Positions 46,744 through 52,227 of a stretch of 52,227 bases of DNA are shown here, piece after piece. The notes under the pieces are model-generated. The model was not told where the DNA came from, did not search any database, and worked only from the letters and a program-made list of their open reading frames with translations. The position numbers and the translations under genes are program-made. Position 1 is the first letter of the stretch, and every line of letters starts with the position of its first letter. The DNA is taken from the IMG/VR virus record IMGVR_UViG_3300044695_002763, positions 1-52,227 of that record; one strand, given 5' to 3'. The DNA is from a virus. Taxonomy: Duplodnaviria; Caudoviricetes.

Positions 46744-47341
46744 GGCGAACCCCGAACTACCTAAATACAACTTAGTTCAGCTATTCAGTAAAGAAGGCTT
46801 TAGCTATTACCGATTCCCAAAAGAAACTTCATTACCGCTCGAACGCTTTGCCATGAGTATGAGTTTGCTCGAGCGCTTAAGTAGCGGGCTTTCGGGTTCT
46901 GAAATGGAAGCAATACTAACCGAAATGGAAAAGGCTTTAGGCGCTGGTTTAACGAACCCACGCAACGCCGCGTTAGTTGCTACCTATATACACGTTATTA
47001 GAGAAAGGCAAAACACGGTAATACATCGCGACCTATTGTTGAACATTGCCGCAACGTGGGTAATACGCTCGGATGAAAACCCAGCGATTATAAACCCCGA
47101 CATTCACGAAGCTAAACTAAAACTATTTGAGGCGATGGCAGAGGAGGGGTCGCACGATTTTTTTACAGGTTTGGATATCGAGCCGCTGAAACCCTTGTTA
47201 CATATGTCGCCCGAAGAGTTAACGACATTATGGGACTACAACCGAGTTCAAATTCAAAAGCTACACGAAACGTTAGCGGCGTTGAGTTCTCACCGCGACG
47301 AAGGGCAAAGCAAGCGCAAGACAAATTTAGGGAGCAAGTGA
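46679..47341 (+). CDS. Tail assembly chaperone (with -1 extension to 47451)
   Basis: A_AAT_TTA at 47323-47329. Confidence 0.6.
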   Translation: MTSTTLFSKLGVRLRLIFSRNKANPELPKYNLVQLFSKEGFSYYRFPKETSLPLERFAMSMSLLERLSSGLSGSEMEAILTEMEKALGAGLTNPRNAALVATYIHVIRERQNTVIHRDLLLNIAATWVIRSDENPAIINPDIHEAKLKLFEAMAEEGSHDFFTGLDIEPLKPLLHMSPEELTTLWDYNRVQIQKLHETLAALSSHRDEGQSKRKTNLGSK

Positions 47342-47443
47342 TGCACATCGCGGGCGGTAATGTTCTCGAGTTTAAAGAATTGATGCAGTCCGATATTGAC
47401 GTTTTTTTGATTAAATTTGAGGTGTTCTATAAGCAACACCAAA

Positions 47444-50146
47444 ATGGCTGAAGTTTTAATTAAGTACAAAGCCGACGCGGGCGACCTCGAAGCAACGGTT
47501 AACAAGATTAACGAAGTAAATAACGAGGCGGTTAAGTCGGCTCAAAAGACTTCGGATAGGGTAGCCACCGAGTTTAAGAAAATGGGTAGCTCTGCCGTTA
47601 ACGCTTTTGCAAATCAGCAGCTTAAGGGCGCTATTAATAACTTAAATACCGAGGTTAATACTTTAACCAATAGCGTAAAAAAGTTTGATGCTGAAGCGCA
47701 AAAGACTAATAAGGTATTAGTTCAATCGGCTCAAGACGTTGCTAAGTACGAAGATAGGTTACGCGAATTGTCGGTAGCTGGTCAAAGGGCAACGCAAGAA
47801 TTTGAAGATATAGCGAAAGCGGTCGGTGAATACAAGTCGGCTATTATTGCCGCTGATAGGGCTGTTGATTTATACGCTAAGTCAACCGATGCCGCAACGG
47901 GTCGAATAGGCGAGCTTGAAGATAAGCTATACGATTTATCTTTAGCAGGGAAATCCAATACGCAAGAGTTCAAGGACTTGGTTCGCGAGGTTGCTAATGT
48001 TAAACGTGCGATAGTTGAAACCGATAAGCAAGTCGATTCGTTCGTTGAACGCTCGAGGGGCTTTGGTACGGTAGTGCAAAACATTGAGTTAGTCGGGAAC
48101 GCATTTCAAGTAGTCGAAGGTGCGGCGGCATTGTTCGGAGATGAAAACGAGGAACTACAAAAGACGCTCGTTAAGTTGCAAGCCATTACAGCTATTACCT
48201 CGGGTATTGAGCAAGCGCGTTTAATATTAATCGACCAAACGGCTCAAAAGACGGGAATCGCAGCGGTGGCGCAAAGGGCTTACGGGTTAGCGGTTGGTCA
48301 ATCAACGGGAGCGTTAAAGATATTTAGAATCGCATTGTTAGCTACGGGAGTTGGAGCTTTAGCCCTCGGATTAGTTGCTTTGATTAATAATTTTGATAAG
48401 GTTAAAGCCGCTTTACAAAATTCAATACCAGGATTTAAAACCGTTAGCAACGCAATTGGAAATGTAGTCGACACTATTAAAGAATGGGTAGGCGCATCCG
48501 ATGATGCAGAGCGCGCGGGGGCTGCATTTGAAAACGCGTCTAAAAAGCAAAAGGCGGCTTCGGATGCAACAGTTAAAAATATTGAGCGGCAAATAGCTTT
48601 AGCCGAATCGGCAGGGCGTTCAACCGTTGAGCTTGAGATACAACGCGAGCAAGCAATCATAAAAGCTAACCAAGCAATTATAGCCGACTATGTTAAAAAG
48701 GCAGGAACATTAAGCCAATTAAGCGATGAAGAAAAGGCAAAAGCTAAAGAGGTAAACGACGCAGCGGTTCAGGCTGTATTTGACGCGAGCGCTGAAATAA
48801 CTATTATAAGAAACAAAGCGTCCCAAGAAGCAAACGACAAAGCTAAAGAGGACGCAAAGAAAAGAGCCGATGCCGAAAAGAAAGCTGCTGAAGATTTAGA
48901 GAAAGAACAAAAAGAGCTCCTCGATAAGCGAATTAAAAACCAACAAGCCGCTAACGATTCAATCGCGGCATCGCGCGAAGCCGACTTACAAGAAGAACTC
49001 GCAGCCGTTGCGGTTGCTGACGATGCGAGCTTTCAGTTACGCATCGAAAGTTTAGAAAAGCAAAAGGCAATCGAGATAGCCGCCGCCGAAGAAGCGGGGC
49101 TATTAACTTACGAAATCGAAAAGAAATATACCGAGCAAATAGCCGCTTTAAAAGCCGCGCAAGCGCAAAGCGAAATAAACACGCGTATAAATACCCTTAA
49201 GCAATTAGAAGCCGCCGAGGGTAGCACGTTAGAGCGCCGCATTCAATTAATCGAAGAACAAGCCAACGCTCAAAAGCTACAAATAACCAACAGCATAAAA
49301 GACGAAAAGGAACGCGCGAGCGCGATTCTATTGCTTGAAACCGAAACGCAAAACGCGATACGCGAGGAACGTAAGAAAACAAACCAGCAAACAATAGATT
49401 ACGCTTTTGAGGTTGCTGATGCGGTTGCAAATACTTTGGGCGCTATTGTAGAATTACAGGGCGCGCAATCTCAGGCGCGTATTGATGAAATAAACAATAC
49501 AGCAACTTTAGAACAGGAAGCCATTAATAAGAGTTTAGAAAGCGAAGCCGATAAGCAACGTAAACTCGATGCTTTACGCTTGCGCACAAGCCGACAAATA
49601 GCAGCTGAAAAGACAAAGCAAGCTAAATCCGAGCGGGCGTTAAACGTGTTTAAGGCGGTAATTGATACCGCAGCCTCGATAACTAAAACGGGTGCGCAGC
49701 TCGGTTATCCTGCGGCTATTCCTTTTCAAGTTGCGGCTGGTGTAATTGGTGCTACTCAAATCGCTGCCATATTAGCGCAGCCGCTGCCTAAGTTTAAGAA
49801 AGGGGGTATTGTAGGAGGTCGAAGCCATGAAGCGGGCGGTACTATAATCGAAGCCGAGCGCGGCGAATTTGTAGTTAACCGCAACGCAGTAACGCGCCAC
49901 CGTTCTGAACTCGATGCCTTAAACACATCGAGCGCGGCGTTTAGGCGTTTAATAGATGAGCGTTACGTTCGCCCCGCATTAAATTACTACATGGGCAAAA
50001 AGGAGCGCGCTATTAACGTCAATGCTTCATTAAACAGTAAAGGCATGGAGAAAGAAATTAAAGGCATGAGACGCGACCTAAAGCGTAATAAAACGATTGT
50101 AAATATTAACGGCAACGATTCGCGGTACGCATGGCATCTGAATTAA
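47444..50146 (+). CDS. Tape measure protein
   Basis: Homolog of 11760-14519 with divergent middle. Confidence 0.8.
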   Translation: MAEVLIKYKADAGDLEATVNKINEVNNEAVKSAQKTSDRVATEFKKMGSSAVNAFANQQLKGAINNLNTEVNTLTNSVKKFDAEAQKTNKVLVQSAQDVAKYEDRLRELSVAGQRATQEFEDIAKAVGEYKSAIIAADRAVDLYAKSTDAATGRIGELEDKLYDLSLAGKSNTQEFKDLVREVANVKRAIVETDKQVDSFVERSRGFGTVVQNIELVGNAFQVVEGAAALFGDENEELQKTLVKLQAITAITSGIEQARLILIDQTAQKTGIAAVAQRAYGLAVGQSTGALKIFRIALLATGVGALALGLVALINNFDKVKAALQNSIPGFKTVSNAIGNVVDTIKEWVGASDDAERAGAAFENASKKQKAASDATVKNIERQIALAESAGRSTVELEIQREQAIIKANQAIIADYVKKAGTLSQLSDEEKAKAKEVNDAAVQAVFDASAEITIIRNKASQEANDKAKEDAKKRADAEKKAAEDLEKEQKELLDKRIKNQQAANDSIAASREADLQEELAAVAVADDASFQLRIESLEKQKAIEIAAAEEAGLLTYEIEKKYTEQIAALKAAQAQSEINTRINTLKQLEAAEGSTLERRIQLIEEQANAQKLQITNSIKDEKERASAILLLETETQNAIREERKKTNQQTIDYAFEVADAVANTLGAIVELQGAQSQARIDEINNTATLEQEAINKSLESEADKQRKLDALRLRTSRQIAAEKTKQAKSERALNVFKAVIDTAASITKTGAQLGYPAAIPFQVAAGVIGATQIAAILAQPLPKFKKGGIVGGRSHEAGGTIIEAERGEFVVNRNAVTRHRSELDALNTSSAAFRRLIDERYVRPALNYYMGKKERAINVNASLNSKGMEKEIKGMRRDLKRNKTIVNINGNDSRYAWHLN

Positions 50147-52089
50147 AATTTTTAATTGATAGCCTCGATAGGGGTCAACCATTAAACCCCGAGGACTTTG
50201 GTATAACAATAAACGAGGACGAAACAATTGGAGCGCGCATAGTTTCATTCGATAATGAGCTAACGTTTGGCGGTGATGTGTTCGGATACCTTTACGCTAA
50301 ACTTGAAACGTCGGGCTATTGTGAATTGGTTCGTGTAGAGGTGCAATACCTTTGCGCCTCGGGAACTTGGGAGCGTTTAGTTGATGGCTATATAATTGCA
50401 ACGGAGTCTAACTTTTTGCTCGATAAGTGTCAAGTTAAAACAAAGGTTTACGACGAAACTTTTAGCACAAAGATTAACAATAATAAGTCGATACCGTTTT
50501 CGCTACGCCTTACAACCTCAAAGAACGGTACACCAATAACGCCGCCAACTATTCGACGCCTCGATATATTCGACCCTGCGATGGGTACATGGTATACTAA
50601 TTTTACTTATGGCTACGGCGTTTACGATGTGTTCGCGCATTTAGTAAACTGCATGAGCGACGGGCTTGTAGATTTTGCCTCTAACCTTTTTGATTATACC
50701 GACCCGACAAACGACATACCAGTATATACGCAGGGCAATATGTTACGAACCCGCACCGATATTGAAATCTCGGCGACGTTTGAGCAATTGTATTTAACTT
50801 TAAAACAAAAGTTAAACCTCGGTATGGGTTTTGAAAGGCAAGCGAACGGGCGACCATTATTGCGTATTGAACCCGTTAGCTATTTCCAACAATCAACAGC
50901 CTCGGTTAATCTTTACGACCAGCCCGAAATCGAAATGAAGTTCGATGTATCGCGGCTTTACGCGTCTGTTAACTTTGGTTCGTCGCCTTATTTATTCCCG
51001 AACGAGTGCAACGGGGGCGACGGCTTTTGCTTATTTCCGCAGCCAGTATTTCAAGGCTTTCGTGATGAATCTTTTGGCTTTGTTGGTGAATGCAATACTT
51101 CGAACGTATTAAACCTAAAAACGAGCGACGTTGTGTTCGACCATAACGTTATTGAAGATATTTTACGATACAATAGCGAAGCCTACGAATTAAGCCCTAT
51201 AATAATTCAAAGCGATTACCGTAGCCGTTTCGCTCCTAATTCATTTAGTGCGCGGGTTTATAATCTAACGGGGCTAACGATTCCATTTTACAACCTCAAC
51301 TATTCTAACGAGGGTGTTTCGAGTAATTGGTTAAATGGTTTTCCTAATTCTTTGCAAGGGTTCTTTAATCAGGGCGACGCATTGTTAACCCCATTTTTAG
51401 CGCGAGTAATAAACGCCCCAACGCTACCATCGTGGGAAATTATAAATACTACATCAACTTCGTATAGTGAATATAGCGGCGACTTTATCCCTTTTAACAA
51501 TGAGATTATAGACGCAGGAAATAATTTTAACGTTCGAAGGTATCGCGTGCCGTTCTCGGGTATTTATACTTTTAACCTTTCTTTAGTTTCTTTACCAAGT
51601 GTAGGCAACAGAACTTTAATAGGAATAATAAAACGTTTAGACGGTTTAGGCAATGTTCAACAAGAGGTGCAAGGTACACCCGTGAGCGGTGGGGTTGCGT
51701 TGCTTACAACCGCTACGGCTACTTTTTATTGTAATGAAGGCGATTTTGTAGTAGCCGATATTACAGGCGCTTCGAGCGTTGGAACTCAAATCGAAACAAT
51801 ACAAATAAACGCGCTTTCGTTTTTTGAAGGCGAAGGCACAAACTTTCAAAGCCCCGATTTGCAACCCGTCGATATTAACGACGTGCAAGCCTACCTATAC
51901 AAGTTTAAACGCCCGTTAAGTATGGCAGAAATAAACGCGATAACAAGCGAAACATCGAAGCCTATTTTATTAGGGCGCAAAGAGGATAGCCTCGCGGTTA
52001 CGCCGACCTACATTAAAAACATTCAAATAGAATCAGTAATGCGCAAGGGCGCACAATTCGAGTTACGTTCTAACAAACTACTTCCATGA
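50131..52089 (+). CDS. Tail tip/baseplate protein
   Basis: Homolog of 14504-16465. Confidence 0.55.
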   Translation: MASELKFLIDSLDRGQPLNPEDFGITINEDETIGARIVSFDNELTFGGDVFGYLYAKLETSGYCELVRVEVQYLCASGTWERLVDGYIIATESNFLLDKCQVKTKVYDETFSTKINNNKSIPFSLRLTTSKNGTPITPPTIRRLDIFDPAMGTWYTNFTYGYGVYDVFAHLVNCMSDGLVDFASNLFDYTDPTNDIPVYTQGNMLRTRTDIEISATFEQLYLTLKQKLNLGMGFERQANGRPLLRIEPVSYFQQSTASVNLYDQPEIEMKFDVSRLYASVNFGSSPYLFPNECNGGDGFCLFPQPVFQGFRDESFGFVGECNTSNVLNLKTSDVVFDHNVIEDILRYNSEAYELSPIIIQSDYRSRFAPNSFSARVYNLTGLTIPFYNLNYSNEGVSSNWLNGFPNSLQGFFNQGDALLTPFLARVINAPTLPSWEIINTTSTSYSEYSGDFIPFNNEIIDAGNNFNVRRYRVPFSGIYTFNLSLVSLPSVGNRTLIGIIKRLDGLGNVQQEVQGTPVSGGVALLTTATATFYCNEGDFVVADITGASSVGTQIETIQINALSFFEGEGTNFQSPDLQPVDINDVQAYLYKFKRPLSMAEINAITSETSKPILLGRKEDSLAVTPTYIKNIQIESVMRKGAQFELRSNKLLP

Positions 52090-52227
52090 GTTACACATCC
52101 ATACCAAACCAACCAATATTATTTAACAGCGTTTTACCCGAGCAATGCGAGGGCTGTAATAGCACCTTTGCGCAGCTTGCCGACTTTAACGACCAACTAT
52201 TTTGGCAGCTCGAAGCGGGGCAATGTG
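52086..52227 (+). CDS. Structural protein, truncated by window end (homolog of 16462-18108)
   Basis: MSYTSIPNQPILFNSVLPEQCEGC... Confidence 0.6.
   Translation, partial: MSYTSIPNQPILFNSVLPEQCEGCNSTFAQLADFNDQLFWQLEAGQC

Larger units (their letters stand above)
34540..52227 (+). mobile_element. Related phage genome, unit B (partial; equivalent to about 1-16.6 kb of unit A)
   Basis: Same gene order, many synonymous substitutions and several swapped genes. Confidence 0.9.

Noticed and set aside
109-51888. Minus-strand ORFs in the track (e.g. 12887-13711, 3714-4097, 8507-8908)
   Set aside because: All are antisense shadows of conserved + strand genes, with low-complexity translations and no motifs.
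1-52227. Diversity-generating retroelement or CRISPR array explaining the duplication
   Set aside because: No reverse transcriptase, substitutions are not adenine-specific, and there is no repeat-spacer periodicity.

Overview
The window is entirely tailed-phage DNA, with all credible genes on the + strand. It holds one complete ~34.5-kb gene set (unit A, 1-34539) followed head-to-tail by the first ~17.7 kb of a related but diverged genome (unit B, 34540-52227). TTTG-N19-TAnnTTTG promoters and AT-rich, SD-less start regions point to a Bacteroidota host. No integrase, att site, tRNA, CRISPR or host gene is evident. Comparing A with B reveals several RNA-level signals. (1) A 39-nt, stop-containing, hairpin-forming insert splits the Walker A motif of terL in A only and has the layout of a programmed ribosomal bypass element. 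(2) A covarying pseudoknot/attenuator RNA lies in front of the replication initiator, with a similar kissing-loop leader at 24.9 kb ahead of a ~320-nt structured non-coding region. (3) There are putative -1 frameshifts at the end of the major capsid gene and in the tail chaperone gene. Also notable: a TET/JBP dioxygenase versus C5-methyltransferase cassette swap next to terS, and a PAS-HisKA protein lacking a kinase domain inside the lysis cassette. All calls come from reading motifs by eye; no searches were run.
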